Source of the DNA: a phage
Sequence record: PZ445406.1
DNA: 47,149 nucleotides
Reading direction: 5' to 3' (one strand)
Part shown: positions 1-7,663 of the stretch, one piece after another
Layout: the number at the start of each line of letters is the position of its first letter
Numbering within the stretch: the stretch's first letter is position 1
The notes under the pieces: generated by a model
The model's database searches: none
Seen by the model: only the letters and a program-made list of their open reading frames with translations
What the model was told of the DNA's origin: nothing
Position numbers and translations under genes: made by a program

Positions 1-13
1 GCCGTGATAAACT

Positions 14-35
14 AGCCCCTACATGGGGCTTTTTT
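14..35 (+). terminator. intrinsic terminator
   Basis: AGCCCC-tacat-GGGGCT hairpin plus T6. Confidence 0.6.
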
Positions 36-48
36 ATTGGAGAAAAAC

Positions 49-1314
49 ATGGTCAAGACAGACAGCTACGCCAATATCTTTCTAGGCGGCAGTGATGGCA
101 GTGAGATTTACGGAAGTTTACAGAATCAGGCGCCTACAATTCTGGCTTCGCTTTATGCGGATAATGCACTGGTGCGTCGAATTATAGACACAATCCCTGA
201 AACGGCATTGGCGGCAGGATTCCACATTGATGGTATTGATGACGAACCTGCATTCTGGTCACGCTGGGATGACCTGGAAATGACACAGAATATTAACGAT
301 GCCTGGTCATGGGCGAGATTATTCGGTGGAGCGGCAATTGTCGCTATCGTTAAGGACAATAGAGCGCTAACAAGTCCGGTAAGGGAAGGTGCCGAGCTTG
401 AAACTGTTCGCGTTTACGACCGTACTCAAGTAAAAGTGCAGACACGCGAGGAGAATCCCCGCAACGCACGTTTTGGCAAGCCTCTGACCTATCGGATCAC
501 TACTAATGAGAGCGATATGTTCTACGATGTGCACTACAGCCGAATTCACATCATTGACGGAGAGCGAGTACCTAACGTAATGCGTCGACAGAATGATGGC
601 TGGGGCCGTAGCGTTCTTTCCATTGACATCCTTGACTCAATTAAGGATTACACCAAATGCGAACAACTGGCAACTCAGTTGCTGAAGCGTAAGCAGCAAG
701 CGGTCTGGAAAGTAAAAGATTTAGCCTTGTTGTGTGATGATAGCGAAGGGGTTGGTGCTGCCAGATTGCGACTTGCCCAGGTAGATAACAATAGCGGCGT
801 TGGTCAGGCGATTGGCATTGACGCTGAATCTGAAGATTACAGCATTCTAAACTCTGATATTGGCGGGATTGATGCGTTCCTGGATAAGAAGTTTGATAGA
901 ATCGTTGCTCTGAGCGGCATTCATGAAATCATCTTGAAGAACAAGAACGTTGGCGGCGTATCATCAAGCCAGAACACAGCACTTGAGACATTCCACAAGC
1001 TGGTTGACCGCAAGCGCAACTCTGAACTTCTTCCGATTCTTGAGTTCTTAATCCCGTTCATCGTTAACGTTGACGAATGGTCAGTTGAGTTTAATCCTTT
1101 AGCTCAGGAATCAAGCAAGGACAAAGCAGAGATTCTGGAGAAGAACGTAAACAGCATTGCGGCGCTAATTGCAGCTGGCGCTATGGATACTAACGAGGCA
1201 CGTGATACACTACGAACTATCGCGCCAGAGATTAAGATTTCAGATGGCGATATTGACGCTCAACAACAAGAACCACCAGAGGAGGATGTAATTAATGAGC
1301 AAAATCCGCTATGA
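49..1314 (+). CDS. portal protein (putative)
   Basis: First gene after terL; ATG 49 with GGAG SD (track start 37 is TTG); size and position fit a siphovirus portal. Confidence 0.55.
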   Translation: MVKTDSYANIFLGGSDGSEIYGSLQNQAPTILASLYADNALVRRIIDTIPETALAAGFHIDGIDDEPAFWSRWDDLEMTQNINDAWSWARLFGGAAIVAIVKDNRALTSPVREGAELETVRVYDRTQVKVQTREENPRNARFGKPLTYRITTNESDMFYDVHYSRIHIIDGERVPNVMRRQNDGWGRSVLSIDILDSIKDYTKCEQLATQLLKRKQQAVWKVKDLALLCDDSEGVGAARLRLAQVDNNSGVGQAIGIDAESEDYSILNSDIGGIDAFLDKKFDRIVALSGIHEIILKNKNVGGVSSSQNTALETFHKLVDRKRNSELLPILEFLIPFIVNVDEWSVEFNPLAQESSKDKAEILEKNVNSIAALIAAGAMDTNEARDTLRTIAPEIKISDGDIDAQQQEPPEEDVINEQNPL

Positions 1315-2386
1315 CAGCGCAAAGGTGAAAGCCAGATTTGATGAAAACGGCTTTCTGGTTGATACCCCGATTGTTGCTCGCGTCGGGGTGCAAACATACT
1401 ACCTTCCGGACGGCACAGAACGCAGAGAATTTAGACCAGCCTCAGAGGTCTTTAAACCTGATTCTCTGGCTAGTTATCAGGGAAAGCCAATTACCTTAGG
1501 TCATGTGTTTGTTAACGCAGATAATGCTAAAGAGGTCGTTGTAGGTTCGGTATCTGGCTCGGCAATGCGTGAAGATTCAAATGTGATTGTTCCGCTAACT
1601 GTTTACGACAAGGAATCAATCGAGAAGGCCAAGAATGGCATCGCTGGTGAGTTGTCAGTAGGCTACCATACTGTTGATATTGAGTCTAAGGGCTGGGGTA
1701 GCAACGAAACCGGTGAGTATAAGCTGGATGGAGAGTATCAATCACAAGATGAGATTCCTACTGACTGGGTTAGATTTGATGCCCTGCAAACTGAAATTAA
1801 GGTAAACCACGTCGCCCTGGTATATAAAGGTCGCGCTGGTGTGGCCAAACTTAACTTTGACGCTCAACAGGAAAACCCGTATACTACTGACGTTGATATC
1901 AATAAAGAGGATAAACAGGAAATGACAGTTAAAATTAAACTCGACGGCGCGCAGGAATTCGAAGTTGCCACGGAAATCGCTTCTCACATCGAAGCACTGA
2001 ACGCAAAGGCTGACACCGCAATCGCAGAGCGTGATGCGCTGAAAGCTAAAGTAGATGCAATTCCCTCTGAAATCGAGGCAGCCGTAGCTAAAGCTAAAGC
2101 TGATGCTGACGCCCTGGCGGCACTAGTTGCTGTTGCTGCTGAAGCTGGCGTTAAGGCTGATGGTATGGATGCTAAAGGCATTAAAGTTGCTTACGTTAAA
2201 GAAGTCTCCGGCCTTGATGTTTCTGAGAAATCCGACGCATACATCGACGCAGCGTTCGACATTGCCAAAGAATCTGATAAAATGGCTGAAGTACGTAAAG
2301 CGACTACCGCTTCCGACAAATCTGACAGCGCCAATGAGCCTAAGAAATTAGACCCGCGTGCTCGTTTAGCTAAAATCAAGAAATAA
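1295..2386 (+). CDS. head scaffolding protein, possible protease-scaffold fusion
   Basis: GAGGAGG SD; Ala/Lys/Glu-rich coiled-coil C-terminus; sits between portal and capsid genes. Confidence 0.45.
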   Translation: MSKIRYDSAKVKARFDENGFLVDTPIVARVGVQTYYLPDGTERREFRPASEVFKPDSLASYQGKPITLGHVFVNADNAKEVVVGSVSGSAMREDSNVIVPLTVYDKESIEKAKNGIAGELSVGYHTVDIESKGWGSNETGEYKLDGEYQSQDEIPTDWVRFDALQTEIKVNHVALVYKGRAGVAKLNFDAQQENPYTTDVDINKEDKQEMTVKIKLDGAQEFEVATEIASHIEALNAKADTAIAERDALKAKVDAIPSEIEAAVAKAKADADALAALVAVAAEAGVKADGMDAKGIKVAYVKEVSGLDVSEKSDAYIDAAFDIAKESDKMAEVRKATTASDKSDSANEPKKLDPRARLAKIKK

Positions 2387-2398
2387 GGAGTTATAAAC

Positions 2399-2893
2399 AT
2401 GGCAATTCGTTCTGTAGCACTCGCTGGTATGATTTCTGATACCTCTCTGTATAACATCGACGGCGCTTGTGTGGTTGGCGGCGCGACTGCAATTCCAGCT
2501 GGGACCGCGGTTTCTGTTACCTCAGCCCAGCCGGTTGATGGTCACAAGATTGTTACTGCTGCTAACGTAGCGGCGGACCCGGCAACCGGCGCAGGCGCTC
2601 TCGGCGTTGTAGTTCGCTCTCATTATGATACTCCTGACGGCACCGCGCGAGTAAATGAGGCAGTGAACGTTCTCACTGCTGGCAGAATCTGGATGCGAAC
2701 CACGCTTTCTTCAGCACCCACCTTTGGAGCTTCAGTGTTGATTAACGAAGCTGGTGTCGTGGCAGCTGGTGGCGTAGCAACTGGCTGGACATTCGCAGGT
2801 GGATTTGTGACTGGTTACACTGGTACTGACCCAATTCAACCTGGCCAATCAGTTGATGGCGCGCTTGTTGAAGTCCAGGTTAAGCAGAAGTAA
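2399..2893 (+). CDS. head structural or decoration protein (putative)
   Basis: AAGGAG SD; Gly/Ala/Thr/Val-rich; immediately upstream of major capsid gene; terminator follows. Confidence 0.4.
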   Translation: MAIRSVALAGMISDTSLYNIDGACVVGGATAIPAGTAVSVTSAQPVDGHKIVTAANVAADPATGAGALGVVVRSHYDTPDGTARVNEAVNVLTAGRIWMRTTLSSAPTFGASVLINEAGVVAAGGVATGWTFAGGFVTGYTGTDPIQPGQSVDGALVEVQVKQK

Positions 2894-2911
2894 TTGAGTA
2901 AAATATAAACC

Positions 2912-2936
2912 AACCTCCTTCGGGAGGTTTTTTTTT
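2912..2936 (+). terminator. intrinsic terminator
   Basis: AACCTCC-ttcg-GGAGGTT hairpin plus T9. Confidence 0.65.
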
Positions 2937-2942
2937 ACACCA

Positions 2943-2970
2943 TTGCGTGGGCTAAAAACTCGTGTATAAT
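2943..2970 (+). promoter_or_regulatory. sigma70-like promoter for major capsid gene
   Basis: TTGCGT, 16-bp spacer, TG-extended TATAAT. Confidence 0.5.
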
Positions 2971-3008
2971 GAATCCGTAGACACCTAACTGAAAAGGAAC
3001 AATAAAGA

Positions 3009-3953
3009 ATGGCCATTAAATTTGATGCAGAACAAGCAAAAATCACCGCTCACCTCGAGCAAATGGGCGTAGAGAAGGCCGATGCCGCCGGTATCTGGAC
3101 CGTCAATCAGCTGACCGCCGCTCTGAATCGTGCTTACGAAAAAGAATATGCAGACAATTCTGTTGTTAATATCTTCCCGGTAACCAATGAAATTCCTGGT
3201 CACGCTAAGTATTTCGAATATCCAGAATTTGATGGCGTTGGTATTGCTCAGATTATCGCTGATTACTCTGACGACCTGCCGCTGGTTGATGCTTTCATGA
3301 CCGAGAAACAAGGTAAAGTGTTCCGTTTCGGTAACGCATTCCTGATTTCTACTGATGAAATTAAGGCTGGGGCTGCAACTGGTCAGTCGCTATCAACTCG
3401 CAAACAAGCACTGGCTTTCGAGGCGCACGACAACCTGCTGGATAAACTGGTTTGGTCTGGCTCCACTCCGCACGGTATCGTGAGCGTGTTCGACCAGCCG
3501 AACATCAACAACGTTGTTGCGACGCCAGACTGGAGTGAACCTCTGAACGCAATCAATGACGTCACTGCGATGATTGATGCAGTTGAGACTTCAACTCATG
3601 GTGTCCATCATGTGACTGACATTCTGCTTCCGGCATCAGCTCGCCGAGTAATGCAGCGCCTGGTTCCGAACACCACCCTGAGCTACGGTGAGTTGTTCAC
3701 TCGTAACAACCCAGGTCTGACAATTCGTTTCTTGCAGTTCCTGGATAACTACGATGGTGCTGGTGGTAAAGCTGCCCTGGCGTTTGAAAAGAACCCGTTG
3801 AACATGTCTATCGAGATTCCAGAAGCTACCAACGTACTTCCTGGTCAACCGAAAGATTTGCACTTTAAGTACCCAGTAACTTCTAAAGCGACCGGTCTGA
3901 TTGTTTATCGCCCTCTGACGATGGCAGTAATCAAAGGCATTACCTTCGCGTAA
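3009..3953 (+). CDS. major capsid protein (putative)
   Basis: Own strong sigma70-like promoter upstream and intrinsic terminator downstream; 314 aa; position in head module. Confidence 0.6.
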   Translation: MAIKFDAEQAKITAHLEQMGVEKADAAGIWTVNQLTAALNRAYEKEYADNSVVNIFPVTNEIPGHAKYFEYPEFDGVGIAQIIADYSDDLPLVDAFMTEKQGKVFRFGNAFLISTDEIKAGAATGQSLSTRKQALAFEAHDNLLDKLVWSGSTPHGIVSVFDQPNINNVVATPDWSEPLNAINDVTAMIDAVETSTHGVHHVTDILLPASARRVMQRLVPNTTLSYGELFTRNNPGLTIRFLQFLDNYDGAGGKAALAFEKNPLNMSIEIPEATNVLPGQPKDLHFKYPVTSKATGLIVYRPLTMAVIKGITFA

Positions 3954-3959
3954 TAAATC

Positions 3960-3981
3960 GCCCTCTTCGGAGGGCTTTTTT
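3960..3981 (+). terminator. intrinsic terminator after capsid gene
   Basis: GCCCTC-ttcg-GAGGGC hairpin plus T6. Confidence 0.65.
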
Positions 3982-4045
3982 ACGTCTGTACCAAATGGAT
4001 TTGTTGGGTTATAATCACCAAATCAGATAAACAAAGGAGACAAAA

Positions 4046-4291
4046 ATGATTCGCTTAGAACACACTGGCGCCTGCCTAATCGTTTACAAGGGTGAGAAAT
4101 ATTTGCCTGGTGACACTTTCGAGGTTGATGCCATTTGCGACGGTCTTAAGCGTTTAATCGCAGAGGGTAAGCTCACGATTGAGGGTGACGCCAAAACAAC
4201 CAAGCAGATCGCGCAAGAAATTGTTAGCAAGAAAAAGCGCAAAGAACCGAAAACCATCTCCGAGGCTGAGGCTGGCAACGAGTACAAATAA
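4046..4291 (+). CDS. hypothetical small protein with Lys-rich C-terminus
   Basis: AAGGAG SD; bracketed by two hairpin terminators inside the structural operon. Confidence 0.5.
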   Translation: MIRLEHTGACLIVYKGEKYLPGDTFEVDAICDGLKRLIAEGKLTIEGDAKTTKQIAQEIVSKKKRKEPKTISEAEAGNEYK

Positions 4292-4297
4292 CAAACA

Positions 4298-4318
4298 GGG
4301 CGCTTCGGCGTCCTTTAT
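4298..4318 (+). terminator. weak terminator or attenuator
   Basis: GGGCGC-ttcg-GCGTCC hairpin with short interrupted T-run. Confidence 0.35.
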
Positions 4319-4332
4319 TGTATGGAGCTAAT

Positions 4333-4731
4333 ATGAATGATGCAATTTTGGCATTTATGCGATCGCTTGTACCTGCGCTCAAGGCAGTGGATGACGAATC
4401 AATTAATGTGTGGATCGATTTGGCACGTCTCTACGTATGTGAGGGTAAGTTTGGTAATGATGCAGATCGCGCTGTGGGCCTTTATGCACTACACCTGATG
4501 CTTGCTGATGGTGCATTTAAGGGTGAGAGTGAAGGGCTGGAAACATACAGTCGCAGAATGGCAAGTTACGCACTGAGCGGTGAATTCTCTATCACTTATG
4601 ATAACCAGTCGGCAATCCAGGGTGACTTATCATCTTCATCGTGGGGCCGTATGTATAAGGCACTCCTCCGCAAGAAAGGTGGAGGCTTTGGGTTGATTAC
4701 TTCCGCTCGTGGCGGTGGGTGCGGTTGCTGA
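4333..4731 (+). CDS. head-tail connector/adaptor protein (putative)
   Basis: ATG 4333 with GGAG SD (track start 4318 is TTG); synteny after capsid gene. Confidence 0.4.
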   Translation: MNDAILAFMRSLVPALKAVDDESINVWIDLARLYVCEGKFGNDADRAVGLYALHLMLADGAFKGESEGLETYSRRMASYALSGEFSITYDNQSAIQGDLSSSSWGRMYKALLRKKGGGFGLITSARGGGCGC

Positions 4732-5102
4732 TGAACTACAACGAAATCGAATCAATCACTCGCGCTGGCATTAACTTCTTTAGTGATTCTAATGGCGTTT
4801 ACGAGATGAGTACAGGCGCTGGATATGTTGAAGTCGTTAACGGTGTTGAGGTTAATATTCCAGCAAGAATATTCCAGCTAAAGGGCTTGGTGAGAGAAAT
4901 CAAGACGCGCGATATCGATGGCGATTTTATCCAGTTTGGCGATAAGCGTGGAATATTCACAGCTCAGGTGGAAATCAAGCAGGGTTATCAGATCAAAGTT
5001 GATGGCGAGACTTTTGTTGTTGTTGACCCGCGCCCCGTTAAACCAACAGGTACAGTGGTTGGTTATAGACCAATCCTTCGTAGGGTGGCTACTTATGGCT
5101 AG
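4731..5102 (+). CDS. head-tail joining protein (putative)
   Basis: ATG overlaps upstream stop (translational coupling); synteny. Confidence 0.4.
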   Translation: MNYNEIESITRAGINFFSDSNGVYEMSTGAGYVEVVNGVEVNIPARIFQLKGLVREIKTRDIDGDFIQFGDKRGIFTAQVEIKQGYQIKVDGETFVVVDPRPVKPTGTVVGYRPILRRVATYG

Positions 5103-5532
5103 AAATATTGGAAGCGTGGCTACCTTTGAGAAATCTATTGCTGACTGGATTGACAGGGCTGATAAAGGTTTCGATATTGTAGTGGCTAATACTGTCATTA
5201 AGACAGCTAACGCAATTGTAGACCTTTCCCCTGTCGACACAGGTAGGTTCAAAGCTAACTGGCAAATCACCGCAAATTCACCAGCCCAGCAATCATTGAA
5301 TGAGTACGATCAGACTGGTGGGCAGACGAAAACATATCTCGCCAGACAGGCTAGGGCAGTCGCCAACTCAAAAGCCACTAGTGTTATTTATATCACCAAC
5401 CGACTTGATTACGCAGCAGACCTTGAGTACGGGGCTTCAAATCAGGCTCCGGCTGGCGTTCTTGGTGTGGTGCAAGCAAGGTTGGGCAGGTATTTCCAGG
5501 AAGCGGTAGAGGAGGCTCGTCGTGCAATATGA
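5095..5532 (+). CDS. HK97 gp10-like neck/tail component (putative)
   Basis: ATG 5095 overlaps upstream stop; track ORF 4918 extends upstream in same frame; synteny. Confidence 0.4.
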   Translation: MARNIGSVATFEKSIADWIDRADKGFDIVVANTVIKTANAIVDLSPVDTGRFKANWQITANSPAQQSLNEYDQTGGQTKTYLARQARAVANSKATSVIYITNRLDYAADLEYGASNQAPAGVLGVVQARLGRYFQEAVEEARRAI

Positions 5533-5923
5533 ATTATCATTAGCAGCAAGGAAATTCGTCAACGATTTGTTGGTAAATGAATTTCCGGTCAGGTATCCAG
5601 TTGCGTGGGAGAATGCTGCATTCACTCCTCCGGCTGATGGCTCAATCTGGCTTAAGTACGACTACACAGAAGCTGACACGGTAACCTATGGCCTGAGCAG
5701 GAAGTGCAAATACTACTTAGGCATGGTCCAGATTTCTGTTTTCTTCAGCCCGGGCACTGGAGTTGATAAGCCTAGGCAAATCGCTAATCAATTGGCAGAA
5801 TCTATCGTTGATGGTACAATGCTTGACAGCGGGACCATTTATGAGTCTGGAGTTGTTAACCCGGTTATCAAATCCAAATCTGGGTGGTTTATCCCGGTTC
5901 GTTTTTATGTTCGTCTAGACTAA
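5522..5923 (+). CDS. tail terminator/completion protein (putative)
   Basis: GTG start with GGAGG SD 8 nt upstream; overlaps upstream stop; directly precedes major tail gene. Confidence 0.4.
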   Translation: MQYELSLAARKFVNDLLVNEFPVRYPVAWENAAFTPPADGSIWLKYDYTEADTVTYGLSRKCKYYLGMVQISVFFSPGTGVDKPRQIANQLAESIVDGTMLDSGTIYESGVVNPVIKSKSGWFIPVRFYVRLD

Positions 5924-5938
5924 CAAAAGGAAAAATAC

Positions 5939-6595
5939 ATGGCTCATTTATCAAACGGCACTCAGGTGTTCGTAGAAGGCTCTCGCGGAGCTGCAATTGA
6001 CGTAACTGCAATCTCTAACGCAGTTACCCCTGTTTTAACTGTATCTGACGCATCCGGATTGGTTGTTGGTGATTATCTGCTTTTCACCTCCTCAGCCTCC
6101 ACGCTTCTGGCTGATAAGCAAGTTCGCGTAACTGCAATCACTGGCACGTCAGTAACTGTTGAGGGTATTGATACCTCCAGCACCACCAAGTTCCCGGCTG
6201 GCTTAACTGGTGAAGTTGTTAAGATTACTTCCTGGTTCGAAGTTCCGTGCGTTCAGGACGTATCTACTGATGGCGGCGAACAGCAGTTCGTTAACTTCCA
6301 GTGTCTTTCTGATGACCGTGAACAGCAGATTCCGACTTACAAGTCTGCCGTAACAAACACCTTTACCTTTGCTCACGAGTACACTAACCCGGTTTACCCG
6401 GTTCTGCGTAACTATGATGAGTCTGGTCAGGTTGTTGCAATTCGTCTGTTCGTACCTCGCGCTCAGGAAATGCGCTTGCAGTCCGGAACCATCGCTTTCA
6501 ACGACACCCCTACCATTGGTGTTAACGAAATCGAGACGGTATCCATCGCAGTATCCATTCGTGGTCGCCTGTCATCTGTGGCAGCTGAAGTTTAA
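5939..6595 (+). CDS. major tail (tube) protein (putative)
   Basis: AAAGGA SD; 218 aa; followed by strong terminator; lies before chaperone and tape measure genes. Confidence 0.55.
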   Translation: MAHLSNGTQVFVEGSRGAAIDVTAISNAVTPVLTVSDASGLVVGDYLLFTSSASTLLADKQVRVTAITGTSVTVEGIDTSSTTKFPAGLTGEVVKITSWFEVPCVQDVSTDGGEQQFVNFQCLSDDREQQIPTYKSAVTNTFTFAHEYTNPVYPVLRNYDESGQVVAIRLFVPRAQEMRLQSGTIAFNDTPTIGVNEIETVSIAVSIRGRLSSVAAEV

Positions 6596-6601
6596 AACAC
6601 A

Positions 6602-6622
6602 AACCCTCTTCGGAGGGTTTTT
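6602..6622 (+). terminator. intrinsic terminator after major tail gene
   Basis: ACCCTC-ttcg-GAGGGT hairpin plus T6. Confidence 0.65.
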
Positions 6623-6627
6623 TATTG

Positions 6628-6671
6628 CATAGCACTTTTTGATAAAGCGTTAATTCAATCTTCCTGTATAG
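6628..6671 (+). promoter_or_regulatory. phage-type promoter module
   Basis: ATAGCAC-N4-TTGATA, 22-bp spacer, TATAGT; leader CATCTAAACGAAA follows. Confidence 0.5.
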
Positions 6672-6705
6672 TTAACTCATCTAAACGAAATGAGAGATTA
6701 AAGAA

Positions 6706-6954
6706 ATGAATAACGTTAAAAACATCATCAAACTTACTGCGGTTCTTGTTGCTTTTTATGCAGTGGTTCAGATTGTTAACCCAACTAGCGAGGCTGATGC
6801 CAGCAGCAAGGTAAATAAATATACTGTTGAATTTGCTAAGGCTGAGAGAGCATGTCAGGAGCTTGTAGGAGGAAAAGTTGACCAAATCATGAAATATGGC
6901 AAAGAGGTTTGTAAGGACTCGGCTGCTAAGATTGCAAAAGAAAACACTAAGTAA
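6706..6954 (+). CDS. small secreted protein (signal peptide, moron-like)
   Basis: N-terminal hydrophobic signal with ADA/SS cleavage-like site; own phage-type promoter after a terminator. Confidence 0.5.
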   Translation: MNNVKNIIKLTAVLVAFYAVVQIVNPTSEADASSKVNKYTVEFAKAERACQELVGGKVDQIMKYGKEVCKDSAAKIAKENTK

Positions 6955-6993
6955 TAGAATACATACTCACAAACAATAAGAGGATTAACTAAG

Positions 6994-7308
6994 ATGGCAA
7001 AGTTCAAACTTTCACTGGCGGCACTGCCAGACTTCAAGCTACCAGTAAAATTCAAACTGGCTAACGACCAGGATGTAGAGGTTATTTTTACAGTTAAGCA
7101 CAAGAAGACCTCTGAGCTTCAGGAGTTACTACAGAAAGAAGACCTGAGTACTAAAGAATTGATTATGGCAATCGCCTCTGATTGGGACTTGGAAGAGGAA
7201 TACAACGAAGATAACGTCAATGAGTTCTCCGACCTGTTCCCTGCTTCAACTGTAGCGCTAACTACCGCTTACATGCAGGCGCTTGCTGGTCAGCGAGTAA
7301 AAAACTAA
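6994..7308 (+). CDS. tail assembly chaperone (lambda G-like)
   Basis: Position between major tail and tape measure genes; slippery A AAA AAC at its 3' end. Confidence 0.6.
   Translation: MAKFKLSLAALPDFKLPVKFKLANDQDVEVIFTVKHKKTSELQELLQKEDLSTKELIMAIASDWDLEEEYNEDNVNEFSDLFPASTVALTTAYMQALAGQRVKN
7299..7305 (+). promoter_or_regulatory. -1 programmed ribosomal frameshift slippery site
   Basis: A AAA AAC in X XXY YYZ register, one codon before chaperone stop; -1 frame open to 7616. Confidence 0.6.
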
Positions 7309-7616
7309 AACGAGCGGTGTATCTTCAGTACCAGTCAGAGCCAACAGATGCCGAACTGGAAGCTATTGGGATGCGCCGCTCTGATTACGAAGGTGAAGAG
7401 CCTGAAGTTTTACACTTCGATGACAACATGATGAAGGCGTGGGACATTTATTGTTCAATGGCTACACAGTGGCGAGTCGGAGTTAACGGAGCTACAGGAC
7501 TTGATTACAACGTGCTAAATTTCCTCTTTAGAGTGTATAATGTTTCTGAAGAAGAATTGGTGCTCAGCGATTTACGCATCCTTGAAGCTAAGGCTCTTGA
7601 GATGATGAAAACCTGA
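7299..7616 (+). CDS. tail assembly chaperone frameshift extension (lambda GT-like, -1 PRF)
   Basis: -1 frame open from slippery heptamer 7299-7305 to 7616; acidic extension typical of T domain. Confidence 0.55.
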   Translation, partial: KKLKRAVYLQYQSEPTDAELEAIGMRRSDYEGEEPEVLHFDDNMMKAWDIYCSMATQWRVGVNGATGLDYNVLNFLFRVYNVSEEELVLSDLRILEAKALEMMKT

Positions 7617-7627
7617 GAAAAAAAATA

Positions 7628-7647
7628 ACCCGCTTCGGCGGGTTTTC
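7628..7647 (+). terminator. terminator or attenuator before tape measure gene
   Basis: ACCCGC-ttcg-GCGGGT hairpin plus TTTT. Confidence 0.45.
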
Positions 7648-7663
7648 TATTATGGAGGCTTAG

